NCBI GenBank assembly: GCA_964016885.1
Contig: OZ024755.1
Coordinates: 25,792,001 to 25,856,000, forward strand
Direction of reading: 5' to 3'
DNA from: Eledone cirrhosa
Lineage: Eukaryota
Length of the DNA stretch: 64,000 nucleotides
Under the pieces are notes generated by a model. The model had not been told where the DNA came from, searched no databases, and worked only from the letters and a program-made list of their open reading frames with translations. Each line of letters starts with the position of its first letter. Position 1 is the stretch's first letter. Shown piece by piece: positions 51,451 through 64,000 of the stretch. A program made the translations under genes and the position numbers.

Positions 51451-52364
51451 CAATGTATGGACAACATGTGAAACAAAAATTATAAGTGAAATGATATATT
51501 CAGTATTAAAATAATTGTTTCTACTTTTGGCACAAGGCCAGCAATTACCCAGTGCATTACTGGTACTTTATTTTATCGACCCCGTAAGGATGAGAGGCAA
51601 AGTTAACCTCAGCGGGATTTGAACTCAGAATGGCAAGGGCCGTAACTCTATGCGTCGAAGCATGGCGTCCGACCTTCTACCGATACTGCCAATCCACCGC
51701 CCTTTCAGTATTAAAATAATGTTTCTTTAAATCCTAAACAATAATAGTATGTCCAGTATTGCAATAATGTTTCAACACGCCATTTTAGTCTATATTTAAA
51801 GCAACACCAAATGACGCTATGTATAATATAATTGTTTCTACTTTAGGCACAAGGCCAGCAATTACCCAGTGCATTACTGGTACTTTATTTTATCGACCCC
51901 CGTAAGGATGAAAGGCAAAGTCAACCTCGGCGGGATTTGAACTCAGATCGTAAAGGGACGTAACTCTATGCTGGAAAGCATGGCGTCCGACCCTCTACCG
52001 ATACTGCCAATCCACCGCCCTATGTATAATATAATTGTTTCTACTTTAGGCACAAGGCCAGCAATTACCCAGTGCATTACATCGAAATACCAGAACGTTT
52101 CTGTAAATAATTTCACTTTACTTTCATATTTCAAATAAACCCTTGATAACGCTATGTGCGGTATTGAAATAACGTTTCTGCTTTCAAAGATAGAGTGGAG
52201 AACGGTATGTAAGCTTTCACATTATTTTTTTTTTTTAAACATTGTTAAAATTTATTTACACGCAAAACCCACATACATACACACACTCTGTTTTCGTCCT
52301 GTACTGTCCTAATGTTTTTCTTGATGTAAACCCTTTGTAGTTAATAAAGAAATCATTATTATTA

Positions 52365-53176
52365 TTACGAGGTCGATAAAATAAAGTACCAATAATGCAC
52401 TGGGATCGATTTAGTGAAAGGCAAAGTCAACCTCGGCGGGATTTGAACTCAGATCCCGCCGAGGTTGACTTTGCCTTTCATCCTTACGGGGTCGATAAAA
52501 TAAAGTACCAGTAATGTACTGGTTAATTGCTGGCCTTGTGCCTAAAGTAGAAACAATTATTACGAGGTCGATAAAATAAAGTACCAAAAATGCACTGGGG
52601 TCGATTTAATCAAATTCCCCCCCCCCCCCTCTTCAAATTGCTGGCCTTGTGCCTAAAGTAGAAACAGTTGTTATTATTATTATTAGGGCGGTGAATTGGC
52701 AGTATCGGTAGAGGGTCGGACGCCATGCTGTCCAGCATAGAGTTACGGCCCTTTACGTTCTGAGTTCAAATCCCGCCGAGGTTAACTTTGCCTTTCATCC
52801 TTATGGGGTCGATAATATAAAGCACCAGTAATGCACTGGGGTAATTGCCGGCCTTGTTCCAAAAAGTAGAAACAATTATTATTATTGTTACGGGGGTCGA
52901 TAAAATAAAGTACCAGTAATGCACTGGGGTAATTGCTGGCCTTGTGCCAAACGTAGAAACAATTATTATTATTGTTAAGGATGGTGGATTGGCAGTAACG
53001 GTAAAGGGTCGGACGCCATGCTTTTGTAGCATAGAGTTACGCCCGTTTACGGTCTGAGTTCAAATGCCGCCGAGGTTAACTTTGCCTTTCATCCTTACGG
53101 GGTCGATAAAATAAAGTACCAGTAATGTACTGGGTAATTGCTGGCCTTGTGCCAAAAGTAGAAGCAATTATTATTA
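52365..53176. mobile_element. Cluster of family A SINE copies and fragments
   Basis: Two full copies (52686-52880 and 52978-53176), several gtcgataaaataaagtacca fragments and a foldback at 52417-52479. Confidence 0.85.
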
Positions 53177-53967
53177 TGTCTTGCCAAGTCTACCTTTCTA
53201 ATTAATCTATGTTCTTTCATTATTCTTTATCCATTCTGCATTCCCATTATCGGATTTGTTTTTATACACCATACTGTTGTTGTTGTTATGGTTGTTGTTG
53301 CTGTGATGATGTTGTTATAGTTATTGTTGTTATTGTTGTTGTTGTTGTTATGGTTGTTGTTTTTGTTTTTGTGATGATGATGATGATGATGCTGATGTTG
53401 TTGTTGCTGTTGTTGTTGTTGCTGCTATTATAGTTGCTGTTATTGTTGTTGTTGCTGTTGTTGCTGCTATTATAGTTGTTGTTATTGCTGTTGTTGTTGC
53501 TGTTGTTGTTGCTATTATAGTTGCTGTTACTGCTGTTGTTGCTGTTGCTGCTATTATAGTTGCTGTTAATGCTGTTGTTGCTGCTGTTGTTGCTGTCGTT
53601 GTTGTTGTTGTTGTTGTTACTGCTATTATAGTTGCTGTTATTGCTGTTGTTGCTGCTGTTGTTGTTGTTACTGCTGCTGTTGTTGTTGTTATTGCTGTTG
53701 TTATTGTTGTTATTGTTGTTGTTGTTGTCTCTAAGCTGGTCAAGTACTAAATAAGCCACACCATAATCACCTCTAGTTTCTCAGCTTTCCAGCACAGTAA
53801 ATGCCAACAACTTCTCCTAAGATTTACGCCAATCCTCCTACATATATATATGTGTGTGTGTGTGTGCGTGTGTCTGTGTATGTGTCCGTGTTTCTCTGTA
53901 TATGTATGTATGTGCATGGATGTGTGTGTGGGGGGGGGGGGGGCAGGGGGGTTAAATTTATTGTATA

Positions 53968-55305
53968 CTAGCTGGCCCGTCCGGCTGGCGTCCAGCTAGG
54001 TATACCAGCATTTTATCTTTTCAGGAATCCCCCCTACACTCCAGTGCAAAGATACCGCACGCCCTCTCAAGTCAGCGATGGGGGGAGGGGGGTTCACGTG
54101 CTCTAATGTTTGGTTTGAATAGTTTTTAGGATTCCCCAGTTCAGCAGCCAGTACGTTAAAGATAATTGATAGTTACAACAATAAAGGCTGAACAGAGAAC
54201 AAATTTTTTAACAAACAATAATTTGTACAACCATAATGGAAATTCAAAGTAACAGAAAATATTTAAATTACATTGTTAGAGCCTCAGAGTATACAATATT
54301 TTTTTGTTCGGCCCTCCGGAGCAAAGATGAAGAGATTGTTTGGCGAGCTCACCCTAGAGCATCCTACATACAATTGATCGTGGGAGAATCACTGATTTCG
54401 TAGTTTGTCTCATGGAGAAGCTCTGTAGACGTTGATCTCTGGACACTCCTGTCAGGAGCAGGTAATCTGTAGTGACTTAGAGGCCTACCACCAATCTCCA
54501 GGACACTGTTTTCAAGACAAATGAGCGCCTCATTGAAAATGACATCGTATGTTATGTTTGGATTGTGTCTGCATGTGCGGTGGAGAATGTCCTCAGCTAG
54601 ACTTTCACGGTGGTTGTTCCACAGTGCGAGAGGGTCGGCAAGATCGCAGTTGTGCAGCATAATAGTAAAAAGTTTTTGCAGCTGAGAAGAGACTTTAGCA
54701 GTTGCTGCTTCTTGCAGGGTGAGGTGCCGATGGCTGTCATCATGTAACATACCATGCATCTGGCAAGCTAAACGGTAAGTGGAACATTGATGGCCATTGA
54801 TGGTTCTCAGATCTTGGAAAGACTGTGGTCCTCTAACCTGTAATGACGATAAACCGTCTGTGCTTTCGTGAAATAAATAGGTTTTTGTTTTTGTGTATGC
54901 AAAAATATCTGTACAGATTAAAGTTTAAGCAAAGAATCACTTCGGGATCTTCTGAAATTAAAAGAATCCGTCTGTGAACGCAGAAGTAAATATTTCGAAA
55001 AACCTTATTTAATGCAGACAGTCAGACATACAGAGACATATTATAAGAAAAAGAGGGGAAGTTGTGCGACATCATAAGAAAAAGTGAGCAATGACGTATA
55101 ACCAGAAGTGTTGACATTTGAAATTTTATAGAAGTGAATATTTAAATAATGTCTTTAATCTTTTAACAAAATTCAGTAGACAAAAATACCCTCACTTTTT
55201 TACTTGGAAAAAGTTACATCTATGGTGCAAATTTGGTGCTGTTTGATCCAGCCGTTTGGTGGAAAGTTTGTTACCTACATACGGCCATCAGCTTTATAGT
55301 ATAGA
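53968..55305 (-). mobile_element. Internally deleted Helitron with intact termini
   Basis: 5' A|TCTATACTATAAAG and 3' hairpin plus CTAG|T. RepHel remnants VRGPQSFQDLRTING..TYRLAC..GML.DD...L.EAA....QL..LF, and QLYVGCSRV...IVYSEAL. Confidence 0.9.
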
Positions 55306-55394
55306 TTTACATAGCAATTCAATAAAGAAATAAGAGCTCAATAAAATAAGAGCCAGATTTGAAAACATAAGTGCTAGACTGATATGATTAAAAC

Positions 55395-58300
55395 AAGGTG
55401 CTGCCCCTGCATGGCCACAGTCTAATGACTGAAACTAGTTAAAAACAGTGCCTGAGCATGGCCACAGTTCAATGACTGAAATCAGTAAAAGAATAGTGTC
55501 CCAGCATGGCCACTGTCTATTGACTGAAACCAGAAACAGAAGGTGGTGTTCCAGGATGAGCAAAGTCTAATGACTGAAACCAATAAGAGAACAGTGCCCC
55601 AGCATGGCCACAGTTCAATGACTGAAACTAGTAAAAGAACGGTGCCCCATCATGGTCCCAGTCAAATTACTGATACTAGTAAAAAAGTGTGGTGCTCCAG
55701 CATGATTAATGACTGAAACCGTTAAAAGGACAGTGACCTAGCATGACCACAGTCTAGTATCTGAAACCAATAAAAAAACTGGTGCCCCAGCATGGCCACA
55801 GTCTAGTAACTGAAACCAATAAGACTGGTGCCCCAGCATGACCACAGTCTAGTAACTGAAACCAGTAAAAGACTGGTGCCCCAGCACGGCCACAGTCTAA
55901 TCACTGACACCAGTAAAAGACTGGTGCCCCAGCACGGCCACAGTCTAATCACTGACACCAGTAAAAGACTGGTGCCCCAGCACGGCCACAGTCTAATCAC
56001 TGAAACCAGTAAAAGACTGGTGCCCCAGCACGGCCACAGTCTAATCACTGAAACCAGTAAAAGACTGGTGCCCCAGCACGGCCACAGTCTAATCAGTGAA
56101 ACCAGTAAAAGACTGGTGCCCCAGCACGGCCACAGTCTAATCACTGAAACCAGTAAAAGACTGGTGCCCCAGCACGGCCACAGTCTAATCACTGACACCA
56201 GTAAAAAACTGGTGCCCCAGCACGGCCACAGTCTAATCAGTGAAACCAGTAAAAGACTGGTGCCCCAGCACGGCCACAGTCTAATCACTGAAACCAGTAA
56301 AAGACTGGTGCCCCAGCACGGCCACAGTCTAATCACTGAAACCAGTAAAAGACTGGTGCCCCAGCACGGCCACAGTCTAATCACTGAAACCAGTAAAAGA
56401 CTGGTGCCCCAGCACGGCCACAGTCTAATCACTGACACCAGTAAAAGACTGGTGCCCCAGCACGGCCACAGTCTAATCACTGAAACCAGTAAAAGACTGG
56501 TGCCCCAGCACGGCCACAGTCTAATCACTGAAACCAGTAAAAGACTGGTGCCCCAGCACGGCCACAGTCTAATCACTGAAACCAGTAAAAGACTGGTGCC
56601 CCAGCACGGCCACAGTCTAATCACTGAAACCAGTAAAAGACTGGTGCCCCAGCACGGCCACAGTCTAATCACTGAAACCAGTAAAAGACTGGTGCCCCAG
56701 CACGGCCACAGTCTAATCACTGAAACCAGTAAAAGACTGGTGCCCCAGCACGGCCACAGTCTAATCACTGACACCAGTAAAAGACTGGTGCCCCAGCACG
56801 GCCACAGTCTAATCACTGACACCAGTAAAAGACTGGTGCCCCAGCACGGCCACAGTCTAATCACTGAAACCAGTAAAAGACTGGTGCCCCAGCACGGCCA
56901 CAGTCTAATCACTGAAACCAGTAAAAGACTGGTGCCCCAGCACGGCCACAGTCTAATCACTGACACCAGTAAAAGACTGGTGCCCCAGCACGGCCACAGT
57001 CTAATCACTGAAACCAGTAAAAGACTGGTGCCCCAGCACGGCCACAGTCTAATCACTGAAACCAGTAAAAGACTGGTGCCCCAGCACGGCCACAGTCTAA
57101 TCAGTGAAACCAGTAAAAGACTGGTGCCCCAGCACGACCACAGTCTAATCACTGAAACCAGTAAAAGACTGGTGCCCCAGCACGGCCACAGTCTAATCAC
57201 TGACACCAGTAAAAAACTGGTGCCCCAGCACGGCCACAGTCTAATCAGTGAAACCAGTAAAAGACTGGTGCCCCAGCACGGCCACAGTCTAATCACTGAA
57301 ACCAGTAAAAGACTGGTGCCCCAGCACGGCCACAGTCTAATCACTGAAACCAGTAAAAGACTGGTGCCCCAGCACGGCCACAGTCTAATCACTGAAACCA
57401 GTAAAAGACTGGTGCCCCAGCACGGCCACAGTCTAATCACTGAAACCAGTAAAAGACTGGTGCCCCAGCACGGCCACAGTCTAATCACTGAAACCAGTAA
57501 AAGACTGGTGCCCCAGCACGGCCACAGTCTAATCACTGACACCAGTAAAAGACTGGTGCCCCAGCACGGCCACAGTCTAATCACTGACACCAGTAAAAGA
57601 CTGGTGCCCCAGCACGGCCACAGTCTAATCACTGACACCAGTAAAAGACTGGTGCCCCAGCACGGCCACAGTCTAATCACTGAAACCAGTAAAAGACTGG
57701 TGCCCCAGCACGGCCACAGTCTAATCACTGAAACCAGTAAAAGACTGGTGCCTCAGCACGGCCACAGTCTAATCACTGACACCAGTAAAAGACTGGTGCC
57801 CCAGCACGGCCACAGTCTAATCACTGAAACCAGTAAAAGACTGGTGCCCCAGCACGGCCACAGTCTAATCACTGACACCAGTAAAAAACTGGTGCCCCAG
57901 CACGGCCACAGTCTAATCACTGAAACCAGTAAAAGACTGGTGCCCCAGCACGGCCACAGTCTAATCACTGAAACCAGTAAAAGACTGGTGCCCCAGCACG
58001 GCCACAGTCTAATCACTGAAACCAGTAAAAGACTGGTGCCCCAGCACGGCCACAGTCTAATCACTGAAACCAGTAAAAGACTGGTGCCCCAGCACGGCCA
58101 CAGTCTAATCACTGAAACCAGTAAAAGACTGGTGCCCCAGCACGGCCACAGTCTAATCACTGAAACCAGTAAAAGACTGGTGCCCCAGCACGGCCACAGT
58201 CTAATCACTGAAACCAGTAAAAGACTGGTGCCCCAGCACGGCCACAGTCTAATCACTGAGACCAGTAAAAGACTGGTGCCCCAGCACTGCCACAGTCTAA

Positions 58301-58798
58301 TCACTGAAACCAGTAAAAGACTGGTGCCCCAGCACGGCCACAGTCTAATCACTGAAACCAGTAAAAGACTGGTGCCCCAGCACGGCCACAGTCTAATCAC
58401 TGAAACCAGTAAAAGACTGGTGCCCCAGCACGGCCACAGTCTAATCACTGAGACCAGTAAAAGACTGGTGCCCCAGCACGGCCACAGTCTAATCACTGAA
58501 ACCAGTAAAAGACTGGTGCCCCAGCACGGCCACAGTCTAATCACTGAAACCAGTAAAAGACTGGTGCCCCAGCACGGCCACAGTCTAATCACTGAAACCA
58601 GTAAAAGACTGGTGCCCCAGCACGGCCACAGTCTAATCACTGAAACCAGTAAAAGACTGGTGCCCCAGCACGGCCACAGTCTAATCACTGACACCAGTAA
58701 AAGACTGGTGCCCCAGCACGGCCACAGTCTAATCACTGAAACCAGTAAAAGACTGGTGCCCCAGCACGGCCACAGTCTAATCACTGAAACCAGTAAAA
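55395..58798. repeat. 48-bp satellite: 61 near-identical units (55873-58798) preceded by about 10 diverged units
   Basis: Unit ctggtgccccagcacggccacagtctaatcactgaaaccagtaaaaga. The same motif occurs as dispersed SINE-tail copies at 8705-8770(-), 9100-9270 and 24525-24570(-). Confidence 0.95.
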
Positions 58799-58984
58799 CA
58801 AATAAGAGAATATATTCTCGGGTTTGCACTGATCAAGTAGGGATGTTCGTGTTCAACATTCACTAACCAATCATATAAAATATCCTGATTAGTTATTTCA
58901 ACACCTGTATAAAGTTTCTAATCAACACCTGTATAGGTTTTCACTTTCTCTCTTAACACAATGGATATTTGATGTTGTCTGTTG

Positions 58985-59560
58985 CATCAGGTGCATCAGC
59001 TGTATACTGCACACACACACACATATATACACACATATATATACACACACACTTACACATATACATACACACGTACACATATATATATATACATGCACAT
59101 ATATATATATACACACACACACACACATGCATACACACATACACGGACAAATACAGATAGACACGCAGATACATACACATACACATGCACACACATACGT
59201 ACATACACATACATATATACACGTGCGCACACATACACACACGCATACGCACATATTCACAGACACATACACACACTTACACATACACACAGGCACATAC
59301 ACATACATACGCACATATGTACATGCACATATATATATACATGCAAACACATACATACACACATACATACACACACACACATGCATACACACATACACGG
59401 ACAAATACAGATAGACACGCAGATACATACACATACACATGCACACACATACGTACATACACACATACACATACATATATACACGTGCGCACACATACAC
59501 ACACGCATACGCACATATTAACAGACACACACACACACACACGTACACATATATGTGTAT
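58985..59560. repeat. (CA/TA)n compound microsatellite with an internal duplication
   Basis: The acacggacaaatacagatagacacgcagat block occurs at both 59141 and 59395. Confidence 0.85.
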
Positions 59561-60199
59561 GTGCATGTGTGTGTGTGTGTGTGAGGAAACAGGAAACAAC
59601 CGTGTGTGTGTGTAGTGTATGTGAGTGTTTATATTTACATTTCTATTTACAAATGTGTATCTATGCCATATTGTATATGTGCGGAGGTGTGTGGTATAGT
59701 GGTTAGGGTTTTGGGCTGACAATCATAAGATTGCAAGTTTGATTCCAAGCGAGGTAGTGCTGTGTCCTTGAGCAAGACACTTTATTTCACGTTACTTCAA
59801 TCCACTGCGTCTTTAAGCAAGACACTTTATTTCATGTTACTTTGTGTCTTTGGGAAACACACTTTATTTCATGTTGCTCCAGCCCACTGTGTCCTTGAGA
59901 ATGACATTTTAAACTCTTCTGCTATGGCCTGGAGAACTATGACGAACAGCAGTGGGCTAAGAACCAAAACTTGAATTCCTCACTAACCTTCCTTCCTACT
60001 CTCACATTACTCACAGCTCTTCTGTACTTGGTTTGCAATTTAATGCAAAATTAACCCCCACCATCACCATCCCCCCCAAGAAATTTTTCCTCACAAAAAT
60101 TACAATGTGTGTTGCAAAAAGTGAAAGTAAATATTTATCAATCAGATATGACACAATGTGATACTGAGAGTATAATTGATCAATGATATATGACACGAT

Positions 60200-60360
60200 G
60201 CGAAAGTGAAAGTACGGTTGATAAATCAGATATGGCATGATGCAGAAATGAAAGTAGGATTAACTAATCAAATATGACGCGATGCAGAAATGAAAGTAGG
60301 ATTAACTAATCAAATATGACGCGATGTAGAAATGAAAGTAGGATTAACCAATTAGATATG
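60200..60360. repeat. 42-bp tandem repeat, about 4 copies
   Basis: Unit gatgcagaaatgaaagtaggattaactaatcaaatatgacgc. Confidence 0.8.
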
Positions 60361-61824
60361 GTACAATACAACAGTGGAAAGAAATGGGACTACAAGGACC
60401 CCATTTTTTTCAAAATAATATGATAAATTGCCCACTTACTTGCAAGGTGATCAAGGGGATTGGAACCCCTGATCAGGGTGTTGTGTTGTCATCCTCCTCC
60501 TCATGATGGTGTCAAAGGAATATATACATACCATATCTAGGCTGGATTTCCAGATTTTGCAGAAACTTTTTATTCAAAAGTGCAGGCATGGCTGTATGAT
60601 TAAGGGTTAAATGGTTATGGTGTTCACTTTATTACCATGGGGCTAAACGAGATTTCTCATATGTTCTTTATATGGTCATGGCAGACAGTTCTCCATTTTT
60701 TATGGTTGGCAGTCATGGCTTCAAAGGTAGAAAGAGGTACATTGACAGACTTAAGATTGTACTTCAGGTGGTCCTTATATTGGAGTAGTGGCCCGCCTAC
60801 ACTATGCGCACCATCCTGGAGCTGACTGTAGAACTGTACCTTAGGTGTGTGGTCCTCAGACATCTGTAGGACATGACCAGCCTATGTGAGTGGGATTGCA
60901 TCAGAAATGTCTCAATCCCACCAATGTTATACCTTACAAACAGTTCGGCATTGGAGACTGTCAGAAAGTGCATATATATATATATATATATATATACCAG
61001 AATGGAAAAGTGGGCATAAAATCATGAGAGACATCTGCCTGTGGAAAACTGCCTCAAGTAAACTTGTCCAACCCATGCCAACATGAAAAAGCAAACATAG
61101 AAATGATAACCCTTATACGTGATCATACCTGCACTTATGAAATATTTCAACAGGAGAAATGATAAAATTATTTGAACCAACAAAAATATTTTTGTTGTTT
61201 CATGAATACTTTTTTAATCATTTCCCATAATTAGTAATAACAATCACAATAATACATAGAGTCAGTAAGTTTTATTTTCAAAATATTGCTAATTATAATA
61301 TATGTACTAATTTACTTACTTAACCATTTCATGACCATTTTTCTAATGGAAAGCACCCAGCCCACACTGTAAAGTGGTTATGTGGGAGTCGCAACAGAGG
61401 GTACCCAGCACACACTGTGGATGTGTTTGGCATTGGGGGTGAGGTGTATCCAGCTCTCGAAACCTGGCTAGAAACAGTTCTGTATAAGTAAGAAATGGTC
61501 ACCTGACCCAACTTGCCTCGGATAGGACAACCCATCTAACCCATGCTAGGACGTTAAACAATGATGATGATGAGTGTATAGATGTGTCGTGGAAAACTGG
61601 TGCTAAGCTGTATCAGACTTTACCTATCTCTTGAACAACCTCCTGTTTGGTGACTGCTGGAGGGGGATCAACATTGTGACCTAATCTTCAGGCACCTATA
61701 TGAGTTTAAGCACCTGAAGATTAGGTCACAATGTTGATCCCTCTTACATTCTGGAGATATGGTCAATATTGGGCTTTGAAACCTGAGGTAGCACTTTTGT
61801 TCTGTGTATGAAATAACATTATAT

Positions 61825-62345
61825 TGGGCGGTGAATTGGCAGTATTGGTAGAGGGTCGGACGCCATGCTTTGACGCATAGAGTTACGGCCCTTGCCATTC
61901 TGAGTTCAAATCCCGCCGAGGTTAACTTTGCCTTTCATCCTTACGAGGTCGATAAAATAAAGTACCAGTAATGCACTGGGTAATTGCTGGCCTTGTGCCA
62001 AAAGTAGAAACAATTATATTGGGCGGTGAATTGGCAGAATCGGTAGAGGGTCGGACGCCATGCTTTTCAGCATAGTTACGTCCCTTTACAGTCTGAGTTC
62101 AAATCCCGTCGAGGTTAACTTTGCCTTTCATCCTTACGTAGTCGATAAAATAAAGTACCAGTAATACACTGGGTAATTGCTGGCCTTGTGCCAAAAGTAG
62201 AAACAATTATATTATGGTGGATTGGCGGTATCAGTAGAGCATCAGACACCATGCTTTGCAGCATAAAGTTATGCCCTTTACAGTCTGAGTTCAAATCCTA
62301 ACTTTGCCTTTCAACCTTACAGGGTTGATAAAATAAAGCACCAGT
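61825..62345 (+). mobile_element. Three head-to-tail family A SINEs
   Basis: Copies start near 61825, 62020 and 62215. Each has an A box (tggcagta/tggcagaa/tggcggta) and the B box gagttcaaatcc. Confidence 0.85.
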
Positions 62346-64000
62346 ATATATGTGCATGTGTATGTATGTGTGTGAATGTATGTGCATGTGTATATGTATT
62401 TATGTGTATGTTTGTGTATGTATGTTTATGTGTATGTATGTGCATGTTGATTCTGTATCTATATGGATTAATCTACTTAAGTGTCTTTTTATATTAATTT
62501 ATGCTCAACTAAGTGTGACTGTGTGTGAATATGTATGCATGTGTGTGAATATGTGTGCATGTGTGTACATGTATATTTAGTGAATTTATGTGTGCATATG
62601 AGCGCTTGTGTGTACATGTGTGTGCATGAGTGCACGTGTATTTACTGAATGTATATGTGTGTACATGTATGTGTGAATGTGTATGCATATGTGTACATGC
62701 GTGTGCATGTGAGTGCATGTGCATGTGTGTATGCATGTCTATTTAGTGAATGTATATGTGTGCATGTATGTACATGTAATAAATATATTTGCTGAGCACT
62801 AGCAAGTTGCTGCCTAAGCAAGCAGTATAACTGGTTGCCATAGTAAAACAAATGAAAGTATTTATCAAAGTAAACGCTGCAATAAATAGAGATAATTTGT
62901 TTTAATGAATCAAAACACAGAAAAGATATGTGGAGGCCATGAAAATATGGATGTTGTGTTGAGAGAGTAAATATAGTTAGTAATAACACTGTTTAACTAG
63001 TGTTCATTTATAGTGAAGTAGAGACTAGGTTATGTTCACATTAAACTGTTTGGTCAATCATACTAAACTGTGTGGTCACTCATCCTAAACTTGTGGTCAC
63101 TTACACTAAACTGCCTGGTCAATCACACTGAACTAGGAGTGCAGTATTGTTGCTAAGGACTTCCTGTGGTCAGTGGTACATTAAGGAGGTGAGAGTGCAT
63201 TACTGTATGGTAGCTAGGGACTCCACATTAAAAGGGGCAAAAATTAATATTTTTCTACTATATGTAATACTCTCTACTGGGTGGTAAATTGTCAGCTTGA
63301 TCCTTTCCTCTCTTTCATTAAGTACAGTTTCTTGAGGTAATTCTTAATAACTTCATCCCATGTCATCCTTGGTCTTCTTCTTCCATGAATTCCATTCACC
63401 ATCTTTACAACTTCATCCATCCTGTCTTCCTTGGTCTTCCTCTTCCATCCTCCTTCTTCACAACTTCATCACATATCTTTCCTCTCCCCAGGTCTTTGTT
63501 TACCCAATTTCACACACTAGGGATGTATAGACATGAGGTTATAGTAAAGACTCTAAACATGCTACATAGTGGAATTAAACCTATGATCTCATGATTTAAA
63601 GTGAATATCTTAACCACTCAGCTTTCTCTTCTTCCACAAATAACTTATACTATTCTAATGAAGTTAGCTGGCTGAATATCTTGTGTAGTTGTTGATTCTA
63701 TGTTTTATTCATAGTCGCTCAAGTATCCATTGTTCTGTTGCAGATATTCCATGTATTGTCCTGATCTTGGGACAACATACAAGTAAACCATTATTGGTTT
63801 GGAACACAAAACGAATCAATGACTTCTTACAAACAATTGGTTAGAAATGGATCTTTGATGAATGAGACTGGCATGGAGACATGTTGAAACTACTCTGTCT
63901 GAGTGAGTGTGTGCCTGTGTTTGTTTGTGTGTGTGTGCATGTCTGTTTGTCTGTGTGTGAGTGTGTGTGTCTGAGGTTGTTTGTGTGTATGTGTGCATCT

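Noticed and set aside
52686-52780. tRNA gene
   Set aside because: A and B boxes are present, but there is no proper cloverleaf and the sequence continues into a multi-copy SINE body.
55873-58798. CRISPR-like array (also considered for 9280-10443)
   Set aside because: The units are contiguous with no unique spacers, there are no cas genes and the context is eukaryotic.
55803-58866. 1012-, 641- and 358-aa ORFs as real genes
   Set aside because: They result from a 48-bp unit that is stop-free on both strands, and the unit matches a dispersed repeat tail.

Overview
AT-rich, microsatellite-dense animal genomic DNA. The SINE/LINE repertoire and (TA)n/(CA)n load suggest a coleoid cephalopod, probably Octopus (inference). 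One host gene is supported: a 4-exon minus-strand gene (36010->2936, 792 nt, 263 aa, all three introns phase 1 and GT-AG) encoding a four-TM PMP22/claudin-superfamily protein. The rest is repeats: at least three SINE-like families, RTE, Tx1/L1, CRE-like and R4-like LINE fragments, an internally deleted Helitron with intact ends, a nested mariner MITE, a 19-bp minisatellite and a 48-bp SINE-derived satellite. The ORF track misses the most notable signal: about ten minimal type-I hammerhead ribozyme motifs of different sequence, from intact to decayed. They lie in short islands within (TA)n tracts, some in inverted-repeat arrangements, as expected for Penelope-like element pLTRs. Almost all long ORFs in the track are repeat artefacts.
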